Below, piece after piece: positions 1 to 9,826 of a DNA stretch of 64,000 nucleotides (within the stretch, counting starts at the first letter, position 1; every line of letters begins with the position of its first letter). Source of the stretch: a virus (lineage: Duplodnaviria > Caudoviricetes); the IMG/VR virus record IMGVR_UViG_2846893963_000001, positions 8,675 to 72,674 of that record; one strand, 5' to 3'. Below the pieces are notes generated by a model. It searched no databases. It was not told the origin of the DNA and saw nothing but the letters and a program-made list of their open reading frames with translations. The translations under genes and the position numbers were made by a program.

Positions 1-284
1 TCACTGCTGTCCTCTCCCCGCCACCGGGCGAGGTTGAAGGACTGGAGTGTTGCATGGATGGTCTTGCCGACATGCAGGGCGACCGTCGTCGGTTTCCGTA
101 TCTGCGCTACCCTCTCGAAGAAGAAGCGCAGGGAACACGACAGGTACGATTTGACCGAGGAGGGAGACAGGTAGTCCGGGCGTATGGCAAGGGGAGAAGA
201 AGCCTCCGAAGGGAACTTCTTCACCAATGCGATAGCCGGGTGCAGGGAGGATGAACGTATTGGCCGGATTACGGGAGCGATCAT
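1..284 (-). CDS. PD-(D/E)XK (RecB-like) nuclease family protein, partial (runs off left edge; absent from ORF track)
   Basis: Manual translation from ATG at 284: MIAPVIRP...YLSPSSVKSYLSCSLRFFFERVAQIRKPTTVALHVGKTIHATLQ, the N-terminal LSPSS..Y..C..R...G...H pattern of this family. Open to the window edge and starts 2 nt after the upstream stop. Confidence 0.7.
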   Translation of the reverse strand, partial: MIAPVIRPIRSSSLHPAIALVKKFPSEASSPLAIRPDYLSPSSVKSYLSCSLRFFFERVAQIRKPTTVALHVGKTIHATLQSFNLARWRGEDSS

Positions 285-286
285 GG

Positions 287-868
287 TCAGTACGGGTTGG
301 AGTTACCGGCATAGACCGTAGCGGGACGGCGGGTGTAGTTGTTCCTGCCTGATGCCGAACGTTTGGATGAAGAGCCTGAACGATTCATCAGTTCGTCGAT
401 CAGCCCGGAGGCTTCCATGCGGTTGAGCATGGCAACGACCTTGTTGAATCTCCGGGCAGACAGTTCGTTCAGGGCAGTGTCATCCAACCCGGCCTTTCCG
501 GCCAGTTCCAGGATGAGCGACTGTTGCTTTTCCGAGCACTTCCATGCGGGAACGGTTACAATAGAGGTCTCGGGAGTACTTGCAGGCGGTGTTTGTTTCA
601 CGGATGATGTGGATATCATCTGTGAGCAGGAAGCCCCAAGGGCAGGCCTTTGCGTGACCTGTGAGCCGTAATGTTCGTCTGGGACGAATCCGACTTGTTG
701 GATTTGAGCATCGACGGCGGACTGAAGGGAGCCGTAGAGCCGTTCCGTTTCCGCAGCCAGTTCGGATGTGTGGGTGATTTCCGTTTCGATGGAGACTTCG
801 AACTGGTGGGAGGAATATCCCGGCAGTCCGAGGCGTTTGCTGTAGTTGGCGATGAGTTTGATAGCCAT
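287..868 (-). CDS. Hypothetical protein of the integrative element
   Basis: ORF; likely start MAIKLIANYSKRLGLPGYSSHQF at 868 after an A-rich leader; coupled to the nuclease gene. Confidence 0.75.
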   Translation of the reverse strand: MAIKLIANYSKRLGLPGYSSHQFEVSIETEITHTSELAAETERLYGSLQSAVDAQIQQVGFVPDEHYGSQVTQRPALGASCSQMISTSSVKQTPPASTPETSIVTVPAWKCSEKQQSLILELAGKAGLDDTALNELSARRFNKVVAMLNRMEASGLIDELMNRSGSSSKRSASGRNNYTRRPATVYAGNSNPY

Positions 869-905
869 GGTGGTTGTTTCTTTCTTGTTGATGGGTAGAT
901 ACAGT

Positions 906-943
906 AAAGCCGCCATGCCCGAGGTAGGGAGCATGGCGGCTTT
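906..943. terminator. 13-bp inverted repeat, probable intrinsic terminator
   Basis: AAAGCCGCCATGC (906-918) / GCATGGCGGCTTT (931-943), with an A-run and a T-run at the ends. Confidence 0.6.
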
Positions 944-1130
944 TGTGAATAATGACAGGCAGGTAAGTTCCTGTGTCTGGTATATATGACGGTGAGGGAG
1001 GTGTTATTTCAGATAAGAAGAGGTCTGTCTGCAAGATACCTTGTAATGCCTGGGCCAAACATCGCTTTCATAGCGTATCAAATGGATATCTGGCGGAGGA
1101 AAGAATAATTCTACAATCGTAACCGTCCTG

Positions 1131-1724
1131 TTATCGATCCATGAAGTTTGTTCGATTCCCCTTCTTTCTCCCCGCCCACTTCGGAAACGTTCCGAAGGCG
1201 AGATTCATCGCCACGCTGGCGAGATCGGCGTTCGTGGCTCCCGTCGGGCAGCCGCAGCAGTCGCACGGCTTCTTCTTCTCCGGCAGCGGTTCGCCTTCCC
1301 CAGCGTATTGTATTGTTCAGGCGCCCACAGTGGACGAGGTACCAGCGGCAAACACAACCTCTCCGGGAGAGGGCCTGCCGGGCTCCGCTCGGACCGTCGC
1401 ACCGTTGACGGAGTAGAAGTCGAACCCGCTGCTGTTTACCGTGATATTCAGCGTTTGCGGCGAAGGGATGAAGAGGTCATTGTCCCACGTCACCTTCTGC
1501 GGGGAAAGGCGTGTGGAAAACTTTGGAATCTCCGGCTGGCGACGGCTCTGTACCGGGGCATCTGCGGAGACGAATGCGGCGGATTCAGGCCGCGCCTCAT
1601 GACTGGAGGCAATGAGTGAAGCCAGGACGCTCATGGGGCCATTGGGGGGGGAGATGTTGAGGGAATGGATCTTGTTCCGAAGCAAGACGGACAAGTGATG
1701 ACCCATTGAGCATTTTTGTATCAC
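1131..1724 (-). pseudogene. Interrupted reading frame, possible remnant of an RHS-like/secreted protein N-terminus
   Basis: ORF 1317-1724 continues in frame past a single TGA for 61 more codons (TIQYAGEGEPLPEKKKPCDCCGCPTG...SVAMNLAFGTFPKW). The Cys cluster recalls the PCEC/PCAC motifs of the RHS protein. Confidence 0.35.
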
Positions 1725-1816
1725 AAGCGACAGTCGGAAAACAAGACCTTCACTTTGTTTTTCGGGATTATTTTGATGGACAACCTCCTGTTTCCTACCT
1801 GGACCAGGAAGGGGGG

Positions 1817-2851
1817 TTATTGAGAGAGACGGTCGATGGCGGCGAAGACTTCCGTCCAGCTTTCAAGGGAGGCATCCATGCCGCCGAGGGCGGGACCGCG
1901 TTCCCGGGCGGCTCCGGCCATGTCTTCCCGGTAGTGGGGTTCCCATGCCATTTTGCTGGCATAGGCGATGAAGTCGCCGGGGCTTTCGCAGAGCCAGCCT
2001 GTTTTGCCATGGATGATCATTTGCTCCCAGCCGCCGCGTTTATCGACAATCAGGACGCTGCCACTCGCCATGGCTTCAAAGCCCACGCGCGGCCAGTTCT
2101 CTGTCGTGTCCGTCGGTTGCAGCACGATGTGGCAGCGGCGGTAGAACTCCTGCTGAGAGAGGGATTTCTGGTCGTGGAAGGTCTCCACCCAGTCGGGGGG
2201 CTTGCCGGTTTTGGCTTCGCTGCGCGCGTCGAAGCCGAGGAAAGTTCCACGTTTGGGCACGGGAGAGGCGAAGTGTTCGTAGATGCGCCACGTATCCTTG
2301 CTGAACTTGTCTTCGTCCTGCCGGGAGATATGCCCGGCTCCGAACCAGTCGGACACCCTGTCGGCGACGTAGGGAAAGGAGGAGGAGTCGAAGTACGGGC
2401 GGAAGGAGATGAACCTGATGGCAGGATCGTCGTTGATGGCGCGGAGGCGGGGCACCATGCTTTGCCTGACCTTGTCGTTCTGGTAGAGGAACAGGGCGAT
2501 GTCTCCCCGGCTCATGGCTTCCTTTTCCTTGCCGAAGAGCCAGGTCATGCAGTTCACAAAAACGGTCCGGCGCGTCCTCTTGCGAATCTCGGGCAGCGCG
2601 GTGAGGAAGTCTTCATTGCAGAAGCTGATGACAGGAGCGTCTTCCGGAATGACCGCCCAGTCGTAAGCGTCGTGGATCACGTGGCCGCGCTCCGTCATCT
2701 CGCCATGGAGCGAGGCCTTCCGGACGTTCTTTTGGGTGGGGATAAAGTGGAGCGTTACCCCCAATGTCTCCCAAACCCTGACCTGATGATACAGCTCCGC
2801 CCCCGCCCCGCCATAGAGGGAAGGAAAGCCGACGATGTAGAGAACCGTCAT
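1817..2851 (-). CDS. Glycosyltransferase, GT-B fold (family 4-like)
   Basis: N-terminal YGGAGAE loop; EX7E motif ENWPRVGFE followed by AMASG...GGWEQMIIHGKTGWL. Confidence 0.85.
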   Translation of the reverse strand: MTVLYIVGFPSLYGGAGAELYHQVRVWETLGVTLHFIPTQKNVRKASLHGEMTERGHVIHDAYDWAVIPEDAPVISFCNEDFLTALPEIRKRTRRTVFVNCMTWLFGKEKEAMSRGDIALFLYQNDKVRQSMVPRLRAINDDPAIRFISFRPYFDSSSFPYVADRVSDWFGAGHISRQDEDKFSKDTWRIYEHFASPVPKRGTFLGFDARSEAKTGKPPDWVETFHDQKSLSQQEFYRRCHIVLQPTDTTENWPRVGFEAMASGSVLIVDKRGGWEQMIIHGKTGWLCESPGDFIAYASKMAWEPHYREDMAGAARERGPALGGMDASLESWTEVFAAIDRLSQ

Positions 2852-2889
2852 TGTTGAGCATAGAATCCCAAAAGCGTGAATCTTCTCAT

Positions 2890-3417
2890 CTAAATAAAGT
2901 CGTTGGCTGACTTTGCCTGAAGCACTCGGGGATCCTTCGAATATTGTTTTAAATATTTAAACTCAAGAACGCGATATTTAACCGCCTCTCCGCCATCCCT
3001 GCCATAAAACTTCTTAAGCCGAATGAAATAGTTGTAGGCTTCTTCCGTACCTAGTTGCGCGAGACGCATTACTACATACTCCAGCGCTCGCGCCATCGTC
3101 TGGTCACGCAATGATGTAAAAAATTCAGCATATCCTTCTTGCAGAAGAATAGCCATAATATAAAGATCACTAGGCTTGCTCACATCGTCAACTATTGCTT
3201 CGATCTGAGGTTCTAATTGATCTTTTAACCATGTTTTCCTTGTTTGTTCTTCTTCAAAGGATTTTCCATGACTGTAAGTATTAAGTTGAACTTGAGCTTC
3301 TTTCGCTAATTTCTCAATCATGAGTATCCTGTTAACAGGCAGTGATTCGGATACTAATGGGGAGGCATGAATAACTATACTAAACATTAGAAAAAATAAA
3401 AAAACAAGTATTTTCAT
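2890..3417 (-). CDS. Putative exported immunity protein for the RHS toxin
   Basis: Starts 4 nt after the RHS stop; Sec-type signal peptide (MKILVFLFFLMFSIVIHA); AT-rich like the toxin tip. Confidence 0.7.
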   Translation of the reverse strand: MKILVFLFFLMFSIVIHASPLVSESLPVNRILMIEKLAKEAQVQLNTYSHGKSFEEEQTRKTWLKDQLEPQIEAIVDDVSKPSDLYIMAILLQEGYAEFFTSLRDQTMARALEYVVMRLAQLGTEEAYNYFIRLKKFYGRDGGEAVKYRVLEFKYLKQYSKDPRVLQAKSANDFI

Positions 3418-3421
3418 GTGT

Positions 3422-6400
3422 TTATTGTTTGTAATTTTGTAAAGACTTCTCGCAATCTTTTAAACATTTTTTGACAAGCATGATACCTTGAAATTTCTGT
3501 GTTGGTTTTCTAGGATTGTTGAATGGTATTTTACCTGTTTTATTAATGAAGTTACTTAAATCGTCATAATCCTTGCTTTGTGGATATTTTGGATCGGACT
3601 GGTCTATATCTGAAGTTACGGTAATACATCCATTACTAGCTCTTCCCGTATGGAGATTGAATCCTCCTCGATTCACTATTTGCCCAGTTGTCGGATCTTT
3701 CACAGGAATATTTGTGTAACTTTTACCTCCTTTGCCATCATCACCATATAGTTTATACCAATTATAGTTCCCTCCTCTTGCCGCATCAGCAACATGATCT
3801 TTAGGAATATATTGGTCATCTATCCAATATTCACCTTCGGGCAATGGGCCTTGATCGGATTTATGCTGAGAGTTAGGATTATTTGCATCTGAACCATTTC
3901 CAGAAAAGACATTGTCTATTTCTATAGTATTACCTGGATTTGAATGATCAAATCCAGTTATTTTTCCCTCTGCATATGAAAAACAGAGAACAGCATACAG
4001 ACCTAAGTGATCTATATATGTTAAAGGATTGTTATCCGCTGTGACGTAAATATTCAGGGATTTACTTTCTCCTATGGGATCTCTGCTAATCCACTTCCCC
4101 TCCTTCGGATTATAGTATCGGAAATTATATTGAACCAATCCCGTTTCATCATCGAAGCATTCGCTGGAGAATCGGAAGGGATTCACCTCTGCCGCGTTGC
4201 CTTCCATCTTGACGGTGGGGCCATAGGGGCCATATTCGTACAGCGCGCGGCGGCCCGCCTGGATGCCGAAGAGCGCGGTCGTGTTCTTCAGCGCGTCGTG
4301 CGTGAAGTACAGGTCTTCCTCATAGGCGCCCGCTTCATCGAACACGCTCATTGCCAGCACGCGCGTTGCGATCGGTTCCAGCGGATCCCACAGGTAAGTT
4401 TTCCTCAAAATGGGCGCCACTGTTTCCGAAGTGTTCATGGCATCCAGTTCCGCTATTTGCAGGTATTCGCCATAGATGAATCTCTTCTTCGACATCAGGG
4501 TTTCTCCATCATAGACGGCTTTCTCGACGCGCCTGTTCAAGTAGTCGTACCGGCATTCAACGCGTTTGCTGCCCTGTGTGAAGCTCGTGGCCTGGTTCAG
4601 GGCGTTGTAAACAACGATCCATTCTCCGGTGGAGGTTTGGAGTTTGGTCTGGTTGCCGTCGGCATCGTAGGTCGGTACGAAGGGTGTTTCCGTGCCTTCG
4701 GCGATGGCCGTGTATTGGTTGAGCCGGTTGGAGGTGTACGCCGTGGCGGGAACATCCGTTCCTTCCTGCGCCGTCTTCCGGTTGCCGATGTTGTCGTAAT
4801 CGTAGCCGTAGGTTCCACCCCGGCTCATCGCGTCGGCAATGAGTTCGTTCCTGCCGTTGTAGCTATAGGCGTGCGTGAGGTCGGGGGCGGGTGTGTTGAA
4901 GTAATCTTTCTTCGTGGTCGGGCGGCCCAATTCATCATAGGAATAATCCGTTTTGGCCGGGTAATTTTGGCTGCCGGGGCGCAGGTAATCGATCTTTATC
5001 GGGAGATCGCGCTTGTCTTCGCGCGTATACCACCGTTTCAGGGTGTTCGGGTAGTCCAGGGTGTCCAGAAGGCCGTTATCCGCGTTGTAGCCGTAAGTGA
5101 AGGGCACGGCAACGGCGTTCAACGAGACGGTGGAGAGCCGCCCGGAGGTGTCATAGCTCCAGGCGGTTTGCAGGGCGGTGCTTGCCGCATAGTTCAGATT
5201 GTATCCCAATGGCCGCCCCAGAGCGTCGCGCTGGAAATGGAGGGCGCTTGCTGCAAGGCCGGATGTGGTTTCCGATTCCGTTTCATTATATGGGGTGTAA
5301 GCGATGGTGCACGTGCCGGAGTCATCCACAATCTGCGTGAGCAGGTTCAGGTGGTTGTACGTGTAGCCGATGGCGGGCGTGGCGTCGTTATGGCTGACGG
5401 CGACGAGTCTGCCCGTCTGCGGGTCGTAGGCATAGGTCGTCGTCAGGGGCGCGCGCCCCTCGTCGACGGTCCGGGCCTGGTGTTTTTCCGCCAGCCTGTT
5501 CCAGTTGTCGTAGGCGTAGCTTTCACCGTGGCCGTCTGCGTAGGTTTTTGCGGTGACCAGGCCCGTAGCGTCGTCGTAGCTCCATGTCGTCACGTCTCCG
5601 TCCGTCCGTTCGCGGGGGTCGGCAGTGATGTCTTCCTCATCTGCCCGGAACGTAGTCAGAGTCACGAGCCTGTCGGCCTCGTCATAAGCGAATACGGAAG
5701 GCTGGATTCCCGTGCCGTATTCGGCGGTCTTGCGTCCGCGCAGATCGTAGGCGGAACACGTCGTTTTGCCTAGCGCGTTGGTGATACAGGAGGGTTGCGC
5801 GGTGGCCGGGTCATAGGCTGTCGTGGTCGTATTCCCGGCCGCATCGGTGACGGACGTTTCCCTGTCGGCGATGTCATAATGTACGGTGGTGGCATTGCCC
5901 CGGGCGTCCGTATGGGTTTCAGTCCTGCCCGTTGCCGTGTAGGAGCGCGAGGAAGTCGTGACGATACCTGCATGGTCTTTCCTGGACAGGGCATAACCGT
6001 CCACGACGACCGTTTCGGCGACGATGGATGAAGTCGGCGTTTGCGTTTTGGCCGTCCGTTTGGAAGGCGCCGTGTATTCCGTCCATTGCACAGTGTCGTT
6101 GCCCCGGGGATCCGTGGTAATGCTTTTTTGTGCAAGAGAAGCAGATATGGCGGAGAGGAGCGCCGCCGTACGTTGCGCAAAGGAATCTCCCTGGCTGTTG
6201 TAGTTGGTTGTGGTGATGATGCGGTAGACGCCGTCCGCGCGTTGCTCCCGGGAATAGGCGTATTCGGTGATGAGGGAGTTGGCGGGCGTGGGCGCTTCCG
6301 CCAGTTTCAACGTCGTTTTGACGAGGTTTCCAAAATCGTCATACTCATAGAGGCCGGGAGCCATGCCTTCCACTTCCTGCCGGAGGAGTCGGTTCTTTTC

Positions 6401-9370
6401 GTCAAAGGTGTGCCTTTTGTGGATGAGACCGCCGTTGGCGTTGGCTTGCGAGATTCGTACGACCTGATTCCAACCGTTGGTAACGGATTGCTCTTTGAGT
6501 ACTGGTTCTCCCGTCTCCTGGGGGAGTGTCATACTTCGGACAACGCCTTCCTCCGTGGCTTCGGTGGTATATTGAACATCCCGCTGCCCGGTTCCGTACC
6601 TTCGCAGCACGGTTCCGTCAGGGTGTTTTTGGGTGATGAGCGTCGCCCCGGTGGGAGTCGTGACGGTTTCCGTCAGGCCGTCTTCACTGTAGGCGTGCGT
6701 CGTTTCCCGCCCCAGGACGTCGGTTTCGCTGGTAAGGCGGCCCAAAAGGTCGTAGGCGCGGCTTTCGGTTACCGTCATTGGGCCGGTGTCTTTGCGCAGG
6801 GCTGTGATTTTGCCCAGCGCGTCGCGCGTGTAGCTGGTGATGGTTTCCGGCGTCACGACGGTCGTGCCGTCCGTCACTTCGCTGCGTATTTCTTCAACCA
6901 GTTGCCGCGCGGTGTTGTAGCTATAGGTGGTCATCACGCCGTCTTCGTCCTTTTCCCACAATGGGCCGCAGCACATCATCGCTCGCTCGTAAACGCGGCC
7001 GTTGGTGCGGGTGCGCTTCGTCCAGCGGTTTTCGGCGTCGTATTCATAGGTGGAGGCGTCGGTCATCGCCCACGTGCCGTCTGTCAGCAGGGCGTACTGT
7101 TCGTAGCGCATGTTGTTGCCCTGTTCGGAGACGTAGGTGACTTTCCGCGTGCTGTGGCCGGGCACCGGTTCCCCCGTAATGCGCGTTTCGGCGGTGACCC
7201 GGTAGAGGGCCCCATACTGGTCGGTCGGCTCGTAGGCGTAGTGCGTCTGCACGCCGTCGATGCCCTGGGTCATCTTCAGGCGGCCCCGGGCGTGGACGTT
7301 GGGGGCCGTGCCGAGCCAGGTTTCCTTCACTTCGAGCCTTTCGCCTTCCGCTCCGAGGGCGGTGGTGCGCTTTTCGACGCGCCGCACGTGGTCGGCCTCC
7401 GTGTAGGTGTAGGCCGTTTGCCAGAGGTCGAGGGCCGTGGCCGTCAGGGTTGCGCGCTGGGCGAGGATGTCCGGGTCGGCCTGGGTATCGTCGCGGTAGG
7501 TGGTGTAAGTGGCCTTGTCGCCGCCTCCGGACCAGGGAACGGTGGAGACGATTTCGCGCCCGAAGCGGTCGTAGGACCACGTTTTCACACTGCCGTCGGG
7601 AGCCGTTTCTTTCGACACTTTCCCCATGCTGTTGTACTCATAGGTGGTTTCGCGGGCGTAGGCTGTGCCGTAGCCCTCGATGCGGCTGGTGCACAGATTG
7701 CCGTTGCGGGTAACGGCGTATGTTTCACAAACGCGTGAGATGGGCGTGCCGTGTTCCCCGCGCTGGATGGTGGTCACAAGTTTCCACGTGTCGGGAGAGA
7801 TCACCTGCTTTTCTTTCAGGGTGTAGACGGCGTCTTCTCCTTCCCCCTGTGCCATGTTCCAGGCTCCGTCGGCTCCCCGCCAGTAACGGGTGGTGTAGGG
7901 CATGCGGCCCGCAGTCTGTTCGGTGACGGCGAGTTTGCCCGTCGCCGTATCCCCGGAAATCGTGAAGGTCTTGAACGGTTCGCCCGTGACGGGGTAGAGG
8001 CCGGTCACGTTGTTTTTGGCTCCCACCTGTCCGGGGAGGTAGAGCGCGATGCGGTAGCCGGAGGCCGTGACGTTTTCAATGCTGGCGAGTCCGTCCCACA
8101 GGTTCCAGATTTGCCGGATGGAGCCGTCGGCGGCGCGCACGATGTCCAGTTTGCCGTCGAAGTCTTCCCTGGTGTAGGTGGCTCCGTTTTTGGCGGTGTA
8201 GCCGGAGGCGTATTTCAAAGAGGAGGCCGCGCTTGCCGAGTAGCTGACGGTGTGGCCCGCGTTGGAGCGCACGCTGAGGGAGTAGCGCTCGGAGGCGTTG
8301 CTGCCGCGCATGGCAACGGAGGAGAAGAAGGCGGAGCCGCCCCGCTTGGCCGACCCGGCGATGGGTCCTACGCTGCTGCTTGCCGCACTGCCCCCGCTGC
8401 CGGATGCGTAGCTGTAGTAGTTGATCTTCGTCCCGCCGCTTCGGATCTGGAAGGCCGTGTTCGCGCCAATCCCTGTCGACGGAGCCGAGGCGATTTCGTT
8501 GGTCATCGGGTGCCAATAATTTAACGCGCGCGGCGACCAGAGTTCCGAAGAAAAGGTGCGCCCGACGATTTCAAGCAATCCCTGCGGCAGGCCCGTCATG
8601 CCCCGGAAGGAGCCGAAGTTGGTGCGCCAGATCATCTCCGCCTTGCGCGTTTGCGTCACCACGCTCTTGCCTGCCGTTGAAGAGGCATAGGGCGACATGG
8701 AGGCGCGACCGCTGCGGACCGCCGGGGCGGGCGCGCTGCTGCTGCCACCCGCGTTTTCTTCACATGCGCAGGGTTCCTCTTGCGGGTCTTCGCCGTTCTC
8801 TCCTTCACCGTTGTCATTATCCGGGCACGGGTTGCTGGAGCTGCTTTGAGAGTCGCTGCTGCTCGGGGACGTACTGCTGCTGCATTCACACGGGGTGTCT
8901 TCGCCGTCGTCGTCCGTATCGACAGGTGCGGGGTCGTCTTCATCCGGCACGTAGGAGGATGAGGAGCCGGAACCGGAAACCTCGACTTCCACCGAATAGG
9001 CGAGGATGGCCAGGTTTTTCCAGTCCGGAGGCAGGGCGACGTTTTCGTACGTCATGCTTACCTTGTGGTATCCGGGTTCAATGGAGAAAGAATCGCTTTT
9101 TTCCCGGTACGTGCCGCCATGGTATTTGCCTACTCCGGGAATTTCGACCCCCTTTCCGTCAACCTTGAGCGAGCCGTTGTCGTCCACGCCCAGCATCACG
9201 TGGCACGTGGCGGTTTCTCCGGGCTGAAGCGGTTCCACGTAGATGTTCCAATCCCAGCTGTCGCTAAACGGGCCGCTTTCCTTGTTGAAGGGGTCCGGAG
9301 CGCCGCCCGAGTTGGAGCTGCTTCGGTTGGTCAAGGGATTGACGTCGTCATTGAAGTTTTGGGTGTTCAC
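3422..9370 (-). CDS. RHS/YD-repeat polymorphic toxin with PA14-like N-terminus and DUF2778/Tlde1-like C-terminal domain
   Basis: Many YxYD repeats; core signature NPFRFSSE..DDETGLVQYNFRYYNP..G.W.SRDPIG and NPLTYIDHLGL; AT-rich tip (3422-3997) with GPLPEGEY and FNLHTGRASNGCIT. Confidence 0.92.
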   Translation of the reverse strand: MNTQNFNDDVNPLTNRSSSNSGGAPDPFNKESGPFSDSWDWNIYVEPLQPGETATCHVMLGVDDNGSLKVDGKGVEIPGVGKYHGGTYREKSDSFSIEPGYHKVSMTYENVALPPDWKNLAILAYSVEVEVSGSGSSSSYVPDEDDPAPVDTDDDGEDTPCECSSSTSPSSSDSQSSSSNPCPDNDNGEGENGEDPQEEPCACEENAGGSSSAPAPAVRSGRASMSPYASSTAGKSVVTQTRKAEMIWRTNFGSFRGMTGLPQGLLEIVGRTFSSELWSPRALNYWHPMTNEIASAPSTGIGANTAFQIRSGGTKINYYSYASGSGGSAASSSVGPIAGSAKRGGSAFFSSVAMRGSNASERYSLSVRSNAGHTVSYSASAASSLKYASGYTAKNGATYTREDFDGKLDIVRAADGSIRQIWNLWDGLASIENVTASGYRIALYLPGQVGAKNNVTGLYPVTGEPFKTFTISGDTATGKLAVTEQTAGRMPYTTRYWRGADGAWNMAQGEGEDAVYTLKEKQVISPDTWKLVTTIQRGEHGTPISRVCETYAVTRNGNLCTSRIEGYGTAYARETTYEYNSMGKVSKETAPDGSVKTWSYDRFGREIVSTVPWSGGGDKATYTTYRDDTQADPDILAQRATLTATALDLWQTAYTYTEADHVRRVEKRTTALGAEGERLEVKETWLGTAPNVHARGRLKMTQGIDGVQTHYAYEPTDQYGALYRVTAETRITGEPVPGHSTRKVTYVSEQGNNMRYEQYALLTDGTWAMTDASTYEYDAENRWTKRTRTNGRVYERAMMCCGPLWEKDEDGVMTTYSYNTARQLVEEIRSEVTDGTTVVTPETITSYTRDALGKITALRKDTGPMTVTESRAYDLLGRLTSETDVLGRETTHAYSEDGLTETVTTPTGATLITQKHPDGTVLRRYGTGQRDVQYTTEATEEGVVRSMTLPQETGEPVLKEQSVTNGWNQVVRISQANANGGLIHKRHTFDEKNRLLRQEVEGMAPGLYEYDDFGNLVKTTLKLAEAPTPANSLITEYAYSREQRADGVYRIITTTNYNSQGDSFAQRTAALLSAISASLAQKSITTDPRGNDTVQWTEYTAPSKRTAKTQTPTSSIVAETVVVDGYALSRKDHAGIVTTSSRSYTATGRTETHTDARGNATTVHYDIADRETSVTDAAGNTTTTAYDPATAQPSCITNALGKTTCSAYDLRGRKTAEYGTGIQPSVFAYDEADRLVTLTTFRADEEDITADPRERTDGDVTTWSYDDATGLVTAKTYADGHGESYAYDNWNRLAEKHQARTVDEGRAPLTTTYAYDPQTGRLVAVSHNDATPAIGYTYNHLNLLTQIVDDSGTCTIAYTPYNETESETTSGLAASALHFQRDALGRPLGYNLNYAASTALQTAWSYDTSGRLSTVSLNAVAVPFTYGYNADNGLLDTLDYPNTLKRWYTREDKRDLPIKIDYLRPGSQNYPAKTDYSYDELGRPTTKKDYFNTPAPDLTHAYSYNGRNELIADAMSRGGTYGYDYDNIGNRKTAQEGTDVPATAYTSNRLNQYTAIAEGTETPFVPTYDADGNQTKLQTSTGEWIVVYNALNQATSFTQGSKRVECRYDYLNRRVEKAVYDGETLMSKKRFIYGEYLQIAELDAMNTSETVAPILRKTYLWDPLEPIATRVLAMSVFDEAGAYEEDLYFTHDALKNTTALFGIQAGRRALYEYGPYGPTVKMEGNAAEVNPFRFSSECFDDETGLVQYNFRYYNPKEGKWISRDPIGESKSLNIYVTADNNPLTYIDHLGLYAVLCFSYAEGKITGFDHSNPGNTIEIDNVFSGNGSDANNPNSQHKSDQGPLPEGEYWIDDQYIPKDHVADAARGGNYNWYKLYGDDGKGGKSYTNIPVKDPTTGQIVNRGGFNLHTGRASNGCITVTSDIDQSDPKYPQSKDYDDLSNFINKTGKIPFNNPRKPTQKFQGIMLVKKCLKDCEKSLQNYKQ

Positions 9371-9826
9371 CGTGGAATAGTTAAGGTTAAAATATAAATA
9401 AAAGCATCAAGGATGAGTTTGATGGCAACAAAACTCTGACAGCATTTTCCCTATAACACATCGCGTGTCTCATAGCAACTTTTTTCTAAAGAGCAGAAGA
9501 TCATACTTGAAGACATTTTATCCTCCTGGCGATGATGGCCTGGAGTTCGGTGCAGGGAGGAATATTTTGGTAATCAATTCGTTGATTCAAGCCGTTTGCC
9601 TTAACGATGCCCTGGTGGCTACCGATTCCCTGATGCTTTCTCTCCAACTCAAAGCATATAGCTTCGCATGGAGTGAGCCAATTGAGGGATTTGCGAGGAA
9701 TACTGTTCCAGTTTGTTTCAATCGCAACCGATTTTTTTTGTAATTGAGCCAAACGATTTTCCCGGCGATGCCGCCTTGGCTAAAAGAAAGCCCCTCCATT
9801 CGGAAGACTTCCTGATGTTGCCAGTC

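Noticed and set aside
1-284. Cas4 / CRISPR interpretation of the nuclease
   Set aside because: Only the N-terminus is visible, and there is no array or other cas gene in the window.
1706-8524. Long plus-strand ORFs (1706-2857, 4130-5773, 6041-7738, 7751-8524)
   Set aside because: Antisense shadows of the GT and RHS genes in GC-rich DNA; no recognisable motifs.
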